Below are positions 1 to 11,338 of a DNA stretch of 62,141 nt, piece by piece. A model generated the notes under the pieces. That model had not been told where the DNA came from. It ran no database searches and saw only the letters and a list, made by a program, of their open reading frames with translations. Every line of letters starts with the position of its first letter. The first letter of the stretch is position 1. The stretch comes from Klebsormidium nitens. Lineage: Eukaryota > Plantae > Klebsormidiophyceae. A program made the position numbers and the translations under genes. The DNA is taken from assembly GCA_000708835.1 (NCBI GenBank), contig DF237484.1, positions 1-62,141 on the forward strand, written 5' to 3'.

Positions 1-903
1 AGTCAGTCTTTGGGGAGAAGGCAAGAAGACGCAATTTTTCTGAGAGGCGCTCTTGCACGAGGTGATCCCAAGGCGTGCTGAGAAGCTTCGCATGGTTTCC
101 GCACATGTGAAGTAGACAGGCAGCGTGTGACCCTGTCCAACCGTCACAATGCAGCTCTTTCTGTGTTGCAGCTGGGGAAGGGCAGATGAGGCAAGAAGTC
201 ATCAGATGCTGCAATTACCATGGTTTTGGATCGCTTCTTATGGTTGAAGTTAAGTGCAGCGCCCTTCCCTGTCAAAAAAAGCTTGCAGCTTTCACGCATG
301 CTGTCAAACTAAAGGTCTTCGTTGAGACGTTCAGGCCGGAGAGGCAGCCAGATACACTAGCTGATTTGATCTTGTTGCTGACTTCCATTAGTAGCTGACT
401 TCCATCAGTTAGGCATGATGCAGTTGAATACCATCTGACGCTTGGCTTCAGAATAGTCTCAGATGCGAGCTAAAAGCACGCTACCATGGCTCATTCCCCA
501 GTGATGTCTTCTCAACAATTGAAGCCAGAAGGCATTAGCCCTTCATAAGTCGGAGTGCCTCACAAATCTGTCTAGCATGCAAACAGGAACAATTGGATAC
601 TTGAAGCTGTATCAGCAGCCTGTATTGGTACTCGTCCGTGCAAGCACAACTGGGTAATAGACGCAGTTGAAGCAGCAGCAAGTTGACGCTCAATTTCTAC
701 AAGAAAAGGAAGGTTGGTGGAACAGCTTACGTCACGAATTTTTGACTAGTCAGTGATCGGCCGCTACCTTGAGCTTCAGCCCTGTTCTTGCCCACTTTGT
801 GGTGCTTGCTCTGGGAGATCACAACAATCGCATGTTGCTAGTGGGAGCATAACCATTCGGCGGATCAGGTTGCAGTCGTCCTTCTACCATTGCCATCGTG
901 CTC

Positions 904-1149
904 CTATGAACTTGCTCTATCCTGGCATCCTGCCAGGCCTGCACCTTCCTGAGCTTTTGAGATCAAAAAGTCTGCACTTCTAGGGCCCCTCAAGCTTTCC
1001 ATGTCATTTCTATCCATTCTTTTGGCCGTCCATACTGGGCAGTACAGCCATGCCGCTAGCTCCCTGCCAGCAGCCATTGAAGCGCCATCACTGTCATCTT
1101 GCTCTTCCGGTAGAAGAGCCAGCACTACCGTAGTGACTTGGGAATTCAC
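904..1149 (-). CDS. possible downstream exon of the orphan gene at 1328-3716 (VNSQVTTVVLALLPEEQDD...)
   Basis: Open frame preceded by AG at 1151-1150 and phase-compatible (phase 0) with the exon ending at 1328. A stronger acceptor near 1202 would instead end the gene (GPI*), so this exon is uncertain. Confidence 0.3.
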   Translation of the reverse strand: MNSQVTTVVLALLPEEQDDSDGASMAAGRELAAWLYCPVWTAKRMDRNDMESLRGPRSADFLISKAQEGAGLAGCQDRASS

Positions 1150-1327
1150 CTTTTAATAATTATTTTGGCCCAAAACGAAAATTCAGAAACTAAATTGGAC
1201 CCTGGGGGAGAAAAGGAGAAATATTAAAATTATTCAAAATCAGCCCAGATTGCTGACAAACGAGGCAAAAAAAGCAGAATCTCAAATTTGGAGAAATGTA
1301 AAATAATATCTCTCATCGGAGGGGGAC

Positions 1328-3716
1328 CTGCCATCTGGGGAGTTTGTCAAGAGAGTTTGGAGAAATCTTGGAGAGTTTGACGAATCTGAAAAGTTTCGCG
1401 GAACTCCAATCGTTCGGTACAGACGTAATTTGCTGACGTCAGTAAGTTGACATAAATCGAACACAAAAAATATAAGCGATACGTGCGGACGACTGCTGCC
1501 GGAATTTGAGCAAATATTTAAGTGAAAATATAATTTATCGACGGACCTCGTAAGAACGTTTGTAGAGCCGCGGGCGGTCGGGAACGCATTAACAGGACCG
1601 GTACTAATGCCTAAGGTCGACCTTAGGCCTTGACTTGTCATGCTACCCTCAAAACTCTTAATTTGATGTGTCAATACATCAGCGTGACTAAACTTGCTAT
1701 AGATCTCAATACTCTATCTATCATATTTTTTTGCAGAGACCATGCTACCTCTCTCGGTGTGACAACTCGTCTGTTGGATTCATTGCTACACACTGCAATG
1801 CACGTTCATGAAGAAATTTCGAAGCATGTTTCTTGCTAACCACATTACTGCAAAGCCATACCAGGGAAGTTGTTTAACCGACCCATTAGTTCGCTTTGAA
1901 GTACTATACTTGCTCTCTAAATATTATAGCTTGAAGCATTTTCGTTGCTGACGTTATACAAAGCTGGTATATTTCTGGTAAGTGTTAATGTGCGCGTTTT
2001 TCATGTAGTTCATGATTGTTGTTACTGGTTCTCAGATACTTATATTAACCCGTTGTTCAGTATTTACGCATGGTGCATTTATTGACATGTGAAAAAGCAT
2101 AACACTAATGGCATACATGTTGTAACATGTATGATTCGATTAGGGAATACTTGACAGTACCTCCAACCGTTTCTCATTACGTTCATAAGCGAACTACGCA
2201 GTCGAACCGTTTCAGAATTCGAAAGGGTTGAAAACAGTCATTGCTATACAATTGAATACAATTGGTGTTTTACCATGCAATCCTAGCTATCGCACAAGGC
2301 ACTGGTTCAACTTCAACCATCGACTTACTTTCGTTTTCTACTTGGCTTGTTTTTCAACCACCACGAATCATCTGAGTCCTGCAAAGTATGTCTCAAGAGG
2401 GTTAGATGTGTGTCATGCATCGATGGACTCATTGTGGGATGATGCAACCCAATATCATCGACGACTAATGATTTGTTGTCAAGTGCTGGTCATTAAGATT
2501 GTGCACGTGTTTTGTACAATCACTGACTCACCTCTGTATTTACCATTTTTTCCACGAACCATTGCTTTTCGCTTTCCTCCCAACGCGAGGCCGCTCCTGT
2601 GAAGCCGTACGTCTTGTACAAATACCTGTTGCACATGGTCGACGTTCGTTTAAATTGAAGCCCAAAAATCGTCTTTGATGCATTTGAAACTATCATCGGT
2701 TTTGATGCCTGCTACAAGTCGAAGTTAAGAGGCCAATGATTCTCGATGATTCGTGATGATACACAAGGTGCTTACTTACCGATATCCCGCTGCCTCTCCG
2801 TACACTGCCTCCATTGCGGCATCGAGATCGGTCAAAGCATCGAACCGACGTCTCGATGTCCCCGGTAGCCGCGACAAGAGGGGTTCTAGCAGGTCCACCG
2901 AGTCCAACGCGCTTCCTGCAACGTCATCAACTATGCAAACTAGGACGTTGATTCGAGCTTGCCTCGACAATTTTGGATCTACGCAACTTGCATACGCGTC
3001 ACGGTATCCTAGTCATTTGACGATGATCATTGGATATAGCATACGTCTTGGATCTCTCACCTAAATCTGATGATCTCAACCGATGCTCGAATTCCTGGAA
3101 TGTTTCGTCGTCGAGCGAGTGCGAATGCCCTAACAAGAGCGCTTCCCAGCATTCCCCAACCCTGCAAAGAATGATTTATTTTGACATGTATGCGCAGTCA
3201 TGATGTTCCATATGTAGATCAGCTTAGTATAAGTTCAAAGAACTTTGTGGTGCTGGACTTGTACAAGTTTAAATTGAGGAGAACTTACCCGATTCCCCCG
3301 TTCTTGATACGTGTCGACAAGTTTGACTGAAGTCTCGGTTGGGAAGCGTTGTCTGCATGAAATAGAGTAGATTGTTAGTCTACCATTTGTGTTTTCTATC
3401 TATCCGCCCTATAAATAGGCTGTCAAGAGGTTTCGGTACAATTTGCAAATTGGTATACATATTGAAGCTGCGCATAGGCATTTTTTGTCGTGGGGCCTCA
3501 CATTAACGTGTTTATCATACGAGAGTTTGCGGGCTTACTGAACGCCTCCGCAAGTCTCCTCAGCGCTTCGGATGATCCATGGGGAGAGGACGATGTATCG
3601 TCGGAACTGGATGATTGGTCTTGCTTGTCTTTTGCAACTACGGCATCCTCCTTCTCTTGCAACATATCGAGTGCGGCCCGCATGGTCTTCAATTTTGCAA
3701 AACCATCCGCCATTTC
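1328..3716 (-). CDS. orphan multi-exon gene, hypothetical protein; 5' and 3' ends not resolved
   Basis: Hand-spliced exons 3716-3521, 3352-3289, 3161-3061, 2978-2780, 2625-2532, 2378-2329, and tentatively 2193-2161, 1847-1749, 1385-1328. All are GT-AG, phases match at every junction and there are no stops: EMADGFAKLKTMRAALDMLQEKED...VGECWEALLLGHSHSLDDETFQEFEHRLRSSDLDPKLSRQARINVLVCIVDDV...GYRYLYKTYGFTGAASRWEESEKQWFVEKMVNTEDSDDSWWLKNKPSRKR. Confidence 0.7.
1609..1628. repeat. perfect 20-bp palindrome gcctaaggtcgaccttaggc
   Basis: The sequence equals its own reverse complement, with no spacer. Confidence 0.9.
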
Positions 3717-4298
3717 CTGAAATAGACACACATTGTTGTGCTTTAAAGTCAACCCGGCTGTACGTGTCTGCAGGCGGATTGCAGATTTCTCGAAGCTGCC
3801 GGCCCACAATCGTGTGCGTTACAGCCGTACATCGTCACACTCGTACAAACCCAATTGGAGCTTAATACTGGGCAGCCCAATTGCCTGAGGACAGGACTCC
3901 GCAAAGGGTTTGCGGCAAACAGGGCAAAAGCTCTCAGTGACAACGGAGCTGCGCGGTTGAAGCGTCTACTTCGACATGGTTCCAATCTGTCCCCCAGCGA
4001 TTTCAAATTTGCATGCGCTCCGGCTGTAGCTAGATGAGCATGAGCCGGTCTGCTCAGGCTGTCCGAGTCAACAAAAAACGATGTATAAACGCGAAAGGCT
4101 GTTGTGTGTATACAAATCATGCGCCCATGTGCGTAGAGCGCGTCAGCCACAAAGAATTGTTGGGACAATTGTGTAACAATTGTTGCTGATTGTCCCTGTG
4201 CTGAGAGGTCTTTTTGATACACTAAACCATTTTCTCGACCTGTCAGACTGATTAAGTATGTTAAACGTCAGCCGGAGCTACTTTCTCCCTTTCCAAAC

Positions 4299-6060
4299 GT
4301 GCTTTTGTTCCCCCTTGACTTGTCTTCTTGTGGGGATTCTGGTGACGACACCCACCTCCTCTTAGGCCCCCCCGCAGCGCAGCCCACCCGTCTGACCCCC
4401 GCTCGAAGGCCGCCACGTGGCCAGCTATTGGGTCCTCCGCCACTTGGCCAGCTTATGCGTCCTCCGACGATGACACAGTTCCAAGCAGCACCAAATTGGG
4501 AGGATATCGTCTTCCCGGCAGGGTTTCCCACGGACTTTTGTCCCGGCCGGCCAGCTGCCGGCGCCCCCCCGGTTCTGCCGGCTCGGTAGCCAGCATTTGG
4601 TTTACCGGCCGGCTGAGCCCACTAAGCGCCTGCATTTTCTGCCGGCTGACCAGCCGGCAGGGTGCCTTCGGCACCGGCCGGGGTCTCTTCTCGGCCGGCC
4701 AGGTCCAAGTGTAGCTGCCGGCTGTGGGAAACCCTGCTTCCCGGAAAGGGGGGGTCCGCCGCTTCCGCTCCAAGGGGAGATCATCGGAAGGGCCGGCTGC
4801 CCCACCCCCCCGCTTGCGGCGCCGGAGGAACGCCTCCGAGGGCGCCTTGACGGGGGATCCCTTCCCGGCCTTCCCCGCCACCGACTTGGGAGAGATCTGC
4901 AGCGTTCGGCGATTTGCCGGTGTCCCGCTGCCGCTCTCGGGCCGCTCATGCCAGCCGTCACTCCGGCCCCGCTGACGTCACTCGCTGCGCGTAAGCTTGT
5001 TTCGGAGAGCAGCAGCTTCTCATGCCGTCCTTCGCGTTGACGTCGAAATCAGCGGGCCCTGTTTCGGCAACCGGCGCTTCTATTCCGCCGCTGTGGTGGG
5101 TCCGAGGGGTCTCAGGGGCCTTGGATTCGTCGAGGGACATGGAGGCCATTTTCACGAGAGGGTGAAGAGGGTGGAAAATGACCGGAAGGAGGAAGCGCCA
5201 CTCAGGAGGGGTCGTTGACGCCTCCTCGACGGAGGTCCGCCTTGCTGCCAATAGTTCCGTCAGGTCCGCGACTTGGTGAAGAGCTACTAGCAAGCAAGGG
5301 GGGCATCAGGTCAGGATATGCATCCGCTCGAGACCGCCCCAACTCCGTTGTACTATTCCTTTGTCCCGTTGTCATAAGGATGTGTAAAGGAGCAAACGAA
5401 AGAAGAATGCAACCACAAGCCACGTTAACCCAGGGGAAAGGCGATGCCAACAAACGGTCGAACCGTACCTGCTTGCCGGTGCGAGAATCCAACTTTGAAT
5501 GGTTATGAAAGATTTCATTACAGAATTGAAAAGCCACCTGTGGCACGAGATTTGTATCGGCCCAGAGAGCGATGTGCTGGCCACCTGGACTACCATTTCC
5601 GATAAAAGACATTACAAACGGATGGAAGGAGACGTATAAGAGGAAAGATAATCCACGAATAAACGATTGCAGAAGCGTCACCCAGCGCTTGTCGAGAATA
5701 AGGGTGTCCAAGAAACCAGGACCGTACCCGCTTGCCGACACCAGACTCGGTCTGGTCGACAAATAAAGGCCCTGAAGATCCCAGGCAAGGATGAAATGTT
5801 AAACGCACAGGGGAGCCTAAGACACAAAGAACACCAGAACCTCATCAACCAGTTGCACAATGAAGTCACTCCAATGGATTGGGGGGTAACCTGCTTGCCG
5901 GCGCGGGTGTCGATCGTGACCCCCTGCGTAAGTCCTGAGTGGCCCACCCTGTTGTCCTTAGTGGAGTCGTCACAGCGTATTTGCCATCATCTTGTAGGCC
6001 GTCAAAGCACAGGTACAGCTCCGAGCACCTGAGGTCGCCCGGCTTGTACTGAACCGGACT
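4299..6060. other. degenerate GC-rich coding-like tract, possibly transposon-derived; strand unresolved
   Basis: Pro/Ala/Gly-rich frames interrupted by stops on both strands, many gccggc motifs, a 27-bp tandem duplication and a triplicated donor-like motif. No recognisable domain. Confidence 0.3.
4410..4463. repeat. two tandem copies of a 27-bp unit
   Basis: ccgccacgtggccagctattgggtcct followed by ccgccacttggccagcttatgcgtcct. Confidence 0.85.
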
Positions 6061-7007
6061 CTACCCCGAATTTTGCACCATGCAAGTCCAATTCAACGGT
6101 TCATTGGTTTTGGGCGTTTGAGTTTGAGATGTATCGAAGCTCTGAGGATGCGTATGTCCTTTCGACGCGGGTGCAAAGAGTGGAGCGCAGCGTCAGCATG
6201 TGCCTCGAAAGGGAGGACCGGTACCAAAACGTAAAGGTGAGCCTCGGAACGAGCAAGCTGCCTGCAACCAAATCAGAAGTGCAAGCGGGACGCGCAAATA
6301 AATATGCTCTTAGTTCTCGTAATCAGAGCGGAACGGGATCGCATAACGTTCTTAAATATATGAAAAGGCCACCGAAGCTTGACTAGGCAATTGCCCACCT
6401 GTCGGCAAACTCCTTCGATGTCTGCAGCAACCGCGGGAGCTCGAGCAGTGTCGAGCCCCCGCAACCGCGCCAAGGCGCGTACCGCCATCTTTCGCGCTAC
6501 TCGATGCTCTCTGACGACGCTGCCAGATGTTTTTCCTCATGCCGGGCGTCCGAAAGTGCCCCTTGCACTTGCGTCCACTTTGCCCGCTACGTCTTCTTTT
6601 CCCCGCTCTGATTCCCACCAATTCTGGAGTGCTCCCACCCGGTCTCGCGTGCTGCCACACGTCAAAGTTTCTGGCCGTTCAAACTCCCCTAGAGTAGCAC
6701 GGGAGCACGAAAGTCTTCTTCTCGTTGCCTTTCTCTTTCATGAACTTGAAGTTCGTCATAAGACAGCTCGCGTCATAAGGTCCCAACAAACAACGGGCTG
6801 GCTCGCGTCAAGCATTGGCTGGCCGTACACTGTTTTACCAACCGTAGCGCCTCCCCAATGACAATGTCCGTAACCCGGGGGGAATGCAGAACTGTTTTGT
6901 ATGCAGCTTTGGTTTGCCGCCTGCCCGCACCGAACCTGGGCCTGAACGTTGGAGGAGTGCGCGCTTCGTTGCGAAGTGGTCCTGCGTCTGCTAAGTTTCC
7001 TCCCCAC

Positions 7008-8210
7008 ATGTGCCGCCCGGAACTCGTGTATGGACCATCGCAGGACGTCGGTCGTGAACTCGGCGCTTTCCGCTAAGCTGCCTAAGTCCGCTAAATCCTC
7101 GACGTCAATCTGCCGGACCCGCACCATCCGGTCCACGTGCAGACACTGCACTCCGTTTCGCAGCTCGTTTTTGAACGGCTCTGATTCCGGTGTTTCCGGC
7201 AAACCAATTAAGGGGGCAAACTCCGGAAAGTTGATGGCGCACTCGACGAGCGCCCTCTTCAAGATGACGTCGTTCCCGATCACCTTGGCAGGTTGCCACG
7301 TCAGCCTCAAATTGACCAGCGTCTGTTTCGTTTCCTGACTGCCCTGCTCCACCAACCATTCGAGGCACATGTGGGGGCCAATTTCCTGCACAAGGTACTC
7401 AAAAGTGTTATGGGCTGATCGAAAGTGACCGACAATTTGGGGTGATGTGAATCGGGCCCACTGGCTGCGCTCGCGTCTGATTATATGCAACCGGGCCACG
7501 ACAAAGCACCGAGCTCGTGCTGGCGCTCTAAGAAGATGCCTCCAGCAAGTGCATCGTGCCCAACTTGTAAAGCTTGTCGAGACATTCGGAAAGGTCCTGC
7601 ACAGTGGAGAAGTTGGCTGGGGTAATAAGCCAAAAACAGAGTCGGCCGTGGTGTCTAAGAATTAGGAGACGCCAGGTTGTTTCGAGCCGGGCGCTGCTCC
7701 TGGCACTGGCAATACCGGAAGGGCGCTGCAAATCGTAAAAATATGGCAGTAGAGTCTGACGTCATCGTGATCAGTAGGACGGACAGTAGAGAACGTGACG
7801 TGTAGTCTCGACTGAGTCAATGGGAAGCGCTTCCGTTTCGGCCAGTTCCAAGCAAGCCTCGGTCGCTTCCAAGTGGTTCCGAAATTCAGTACAGGGCGGC
7901 ACAGCGGATTGTTTGAGCGAGACACGCTGCAATTTTCAGCTCGGTCCGCAAAAGGAAGGCGTCGAACAAGCAGGCCTTTCCAAAAAAAAAGCCAGAAGCA
8001 AAAGCGGACGATAACATATAGACGTTTTGGAAGAGCGGAGCCGGTCTTGCGGTACTTGACAATCCTAGGTTCATTATAATTAGTAGGAAACTTAAATTTG
8101 ATAGGCGCCGGCCTGAGTATACAAGTACAAGATGCTCAACTTCATACTCTTCTTGTTCACCTCTCCATGATCTGGAGCACTGACGTCTCGGCGCTAGCAA
8201 TTGCGTCCAT
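7008..8210 (-). CDS. second orphan multi-exon gene, hypothetical protein; probably continues below 7008
   Basis: ATG at 8210. Exons 8210-8161, 8064-8016, 7926-7800, 7725-7671 join in phase through GT-AG introns (MDAIASAETSVLQIMERIVKYRKTGSALPKRLYRVSLKQSAVPPCTEFRNHLEATEACLELAE...). A later acceptor near 7389 opens EIGPHMCLEWLVEQ...WSIHEFRAAH, ending at a GT at 7007. Confidence 0.5.
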
Positions 8211-9165
8211 CAATGCAATATTAGCGCATAAGCTACGAAATCCCTTCCTAGCTAGGACGATTGTAGAATCCCAACAGCAGACTCTATGCGAATAGACCTG
8301 GGGGCATGGGCTGCCCGCAGCTACGTACATGAATATTGTGTGATTACGCAGACAGCTATTTCGAACCTACCTCACCTGCTTTACAAATTTGTGCCGTGTT
8401 TCTAAAGACATGCATCATCAATGATCATGCAAACGCCTCACGAATCACGAGTAGCATGAATCTAAATGAAGCTTTGAGGCTCTGGAATCATCCGACGGCA
8501 GAAGCTAGTAGAATTCGTCCTTCCAAACTTCCAAGTTCTTTCGACCGTCGATATTCGTGTGCGCGTTATTCGTATTATCTCAACCGTCACCCTTGCCTCG
8601 AGAATATTTGGGCAAGAAGGCTAGTGCGTTTCATTGTGAGGGATCCCTCTGCGTTACTCGAGTCGTGTTCAGCCGCTCAGTCGACGCGCACATGTCTTTC
8701 GAGCACGCCAAGTGGCGGCGACAAAATTCTTGCAGGCATGCATGGCCATTGCTGGCATTGGCATTGTTGGCTATAGGCTTAGGACTAGGTCCGATAGGGA
8801 AGTTTAACCGTACTGTACTGTAGGTAGCTGTGCCTACCTGCTATCGGTGGTCCTGCCAACACTCAGTGGAACAGAAGGCCGCACTCAAATACTCATGCCA
8901 CATTGCAAGCCGACCAGTGTATTGGGATTTGAAACCACCACCACTACTTTAAACTTCAGTCTGACGGCAGTCAGAAGCCTTCAAGTGTCTCTTCCACATG
9001 GTCACATCATTTACAATCAATCTGCTCAAAAGCAGAGCTGCCGTTGCAACTGCCAGCGGCTACCAGATTGCCGTTAGCCTTCCCAGTTGTTCCTTGCGAG
9101 AGGTTTCTACTTTCTTTCCTTTGCCAAATCATATTTCAAGTCGGTTTCTAGTGCAAGCCCGTGCA

Positions 9166-10014
9166 ATGTCGCAGCAGTCGCAGCCAGAGCTCCAAGAGGG
9201 CGAGAAAGTGGCCTGGAAGTTTGGCGCCGGCAAAGCAGTGGGCCACGTGGACCACAAGCTGACGGAACCGACCAAGGTTGGCCTGCTCGAGCAACATTTT
9301 TGAGATGCTGCGAGCGTTGGAAGCTCATTATCAACCTCCGTATATTGTCTCCGCTGGAATGGTGGCTTCTGGTACACATATGAGCTGCATGCAATGAAAT
9401 TGTGTTGCTTCTGCCCACTAAAGGCCACATTCTGCGAAGGCAAACCTTCTGAAAGGCTTGCCAGGACAGCCTTGTGCGAAGCAAGGTCAGCGGTCTGGTT
9501 AGGGTCCCCTCCTTCTACCCCAAACATCGTTCTGGCAGCTACCTGAAGGACGAAAACCCTGACTTGTTGAGACACTGCTGAAAACAACCAGTAAGCGAGA
9601 CTCGCACAAAATGTGACCAACCGGTCGCTGAGTATCCCTCCCTTCGTGGTTCACTTGCATTGACATTGTGAGCGAGATCGAGAACCTAGTCAATGAGTAT
9701 CCTCAGAAGGGTACAAATGCAACTTTCTACTGCCACATGTGGAGACAAAGCTGGAGGCTTTCCTTGTTATTCGGCAAGTACTTCCTCATGTCATCTCTGG
9801 CTAGTTCAGGTATGAAGGCCGCCACACATAATGGTAGTGACTCACTCAGCCAAACGCTCTGAGGTGGGTTCAGTGCTGATGTTCAATCTCCCTGCAGGTC
9901 GGTAGCAGGACATACAAAGCCTCTGAGGAGAATCCCAAGTACCTGGTCCAGTCCGATAAGAGCGGGGGCAAGGCAGCCCACAATCCAGACAAGCTCGAGA
10001 AGCTGGAAGACTAG
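9166..10014 (+). CDS. DUF2945 / HVA1 Tudor-like small protein, 75 aa, two exons
   Basis: Exon 9166-9276 (MSQQSQPELQEGEKVAWKFGAGKAVGHVDHKLTEPTK|gt) joins exon 9898-10014 (cctgcag|VGSRTYKASEENPKYLVQSDKSGGKAAHNPDKLEKLED*) in phase 0. It matches the family pattern GDxVxW..G.G.V...LT....KAS.E.P.Y.V.SDK.G..A.H.P..L as I recall it. Confidence 0.88.
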
Positions 10015-11338
10015 AAGAATGAATCTCCTCGGAAGCTATAGTTGTACATATGTTGCTGAGTGTCATTGTCGACGTCTGAGTATAACGTGTCGACAATAAG
10101 GACCGCTGATTGTATCATGGAACCAACATCAGCTTATTCAAGTGGAAGTTGGAAAAGTAAACCATTTTTTGAAAGTGTAAAGACAAGCATTGGGGTACAG
10201 CTGTTGGGTAATTGTTTTACTGGGTTTTGAGATTGAAGAAACTGATTCAATGTTGTTTCGAAGGAATGTTGCCTGCCACTCAATCGACTTCAAGAGAGTA
10301 GCTTAGAACATGCCGCGGTGGCATGCCTATCGCCGTGCAATTATCTGTCACTTTGATCGTGACATATGTCACAACGACCGCGCAACACGCTTCATCCGCA
10401 CACGCCGGCTTCAGACTTCACTGAGCAAACACGAGATTCTATGCGTTTGAACGCATGTTGTCGGAAAGGAATCTTTGAATATCTAGGCTCATGTAATGCC
10501 TAAAGTTTGTAAGTGAAGTACGGGCCACGACAATTTCTGCCTCCAATTATATGGGATTGGACTGGGCCTGAGTAAATAATGGCCGCCCGCTCAAATTATG
10601 CATGTGTGTAAAGTATGATCCTTACTTTGAGAACAGTCATAGAAAACGGATTGAAGCTGTACTGAGACAATCTTAATTTTGATCATCTGGTGTGCAATCA
10701 AGGGCAGCTCACTCTTCGCGGTGGCAAACGCGATGATATGTGCTCATCTAGCCAGCCGCCGTATGTCGATCATTGCGAATATGCAAATTTGTCATACTGA
10801 TACATAATTGTGGCAGATCGCTGCACATGACATGAACGGCCGCGGATGGCGCATGCACGTGATCGCTCATGACCTCAGACGGCATAACGAGCACACTCAT
10901 GCTGTACCCGCTACATTTGTGTTCGGCCGCATGCATCATATGCGCTTTTCTCAGACAAGGCCTGCATGAGAGCATACCGACATGTGGCTGGTATGAAGCC
11001 GCTGCCACAGACGGTGCCGGGCATGGCCTGATACAATGAATGGGTCGGCCACCTACCCGTTGCGTTCAATTCATAAAATGGCCAGCGTTGCAAAATGTTG
11101 CCCTGTACAAATTGTCGAATGCACCTTCCCGAATGATTTCATTTCGAAGGAGTGTTGCTCCTGTCGAAATGCAATCTTTGAACACCGTTTCGCGGGTTCA
11201 ACATCAATGCTGGACTTCGACACTGAAACCAACAAAGTCAACAATTTATGCTTTCAACCGGACCACTTACCTGCCAAATCATAATCAAAGCGCTATGTGA
11301 AACTTCACGGGAGCCCCTTCGACACATACCGACCGTAT

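Noticed and set aside
904-1149. Phosphoribosyltransferase-like start (VVLALL...GRELAAWL)
   Set aside because: Weak similarity and no PRPP-binding VDD loop.
6700-7120. Ulp1/C48 protease resemblance (IDVEDLADL...DVLRWSIHEF; KKTFVLPC)
   Set aside because: No His-Trp or QxNxxDCG catalytic motifs could be found in any frame.
8101-8160. Chromodomain-like EEYEVEHLV in ORF 7886-8200
   Set aside because: No downstream YLVKW/TWEP motifs, and it lies inside a predicted intron of the orphan gene.
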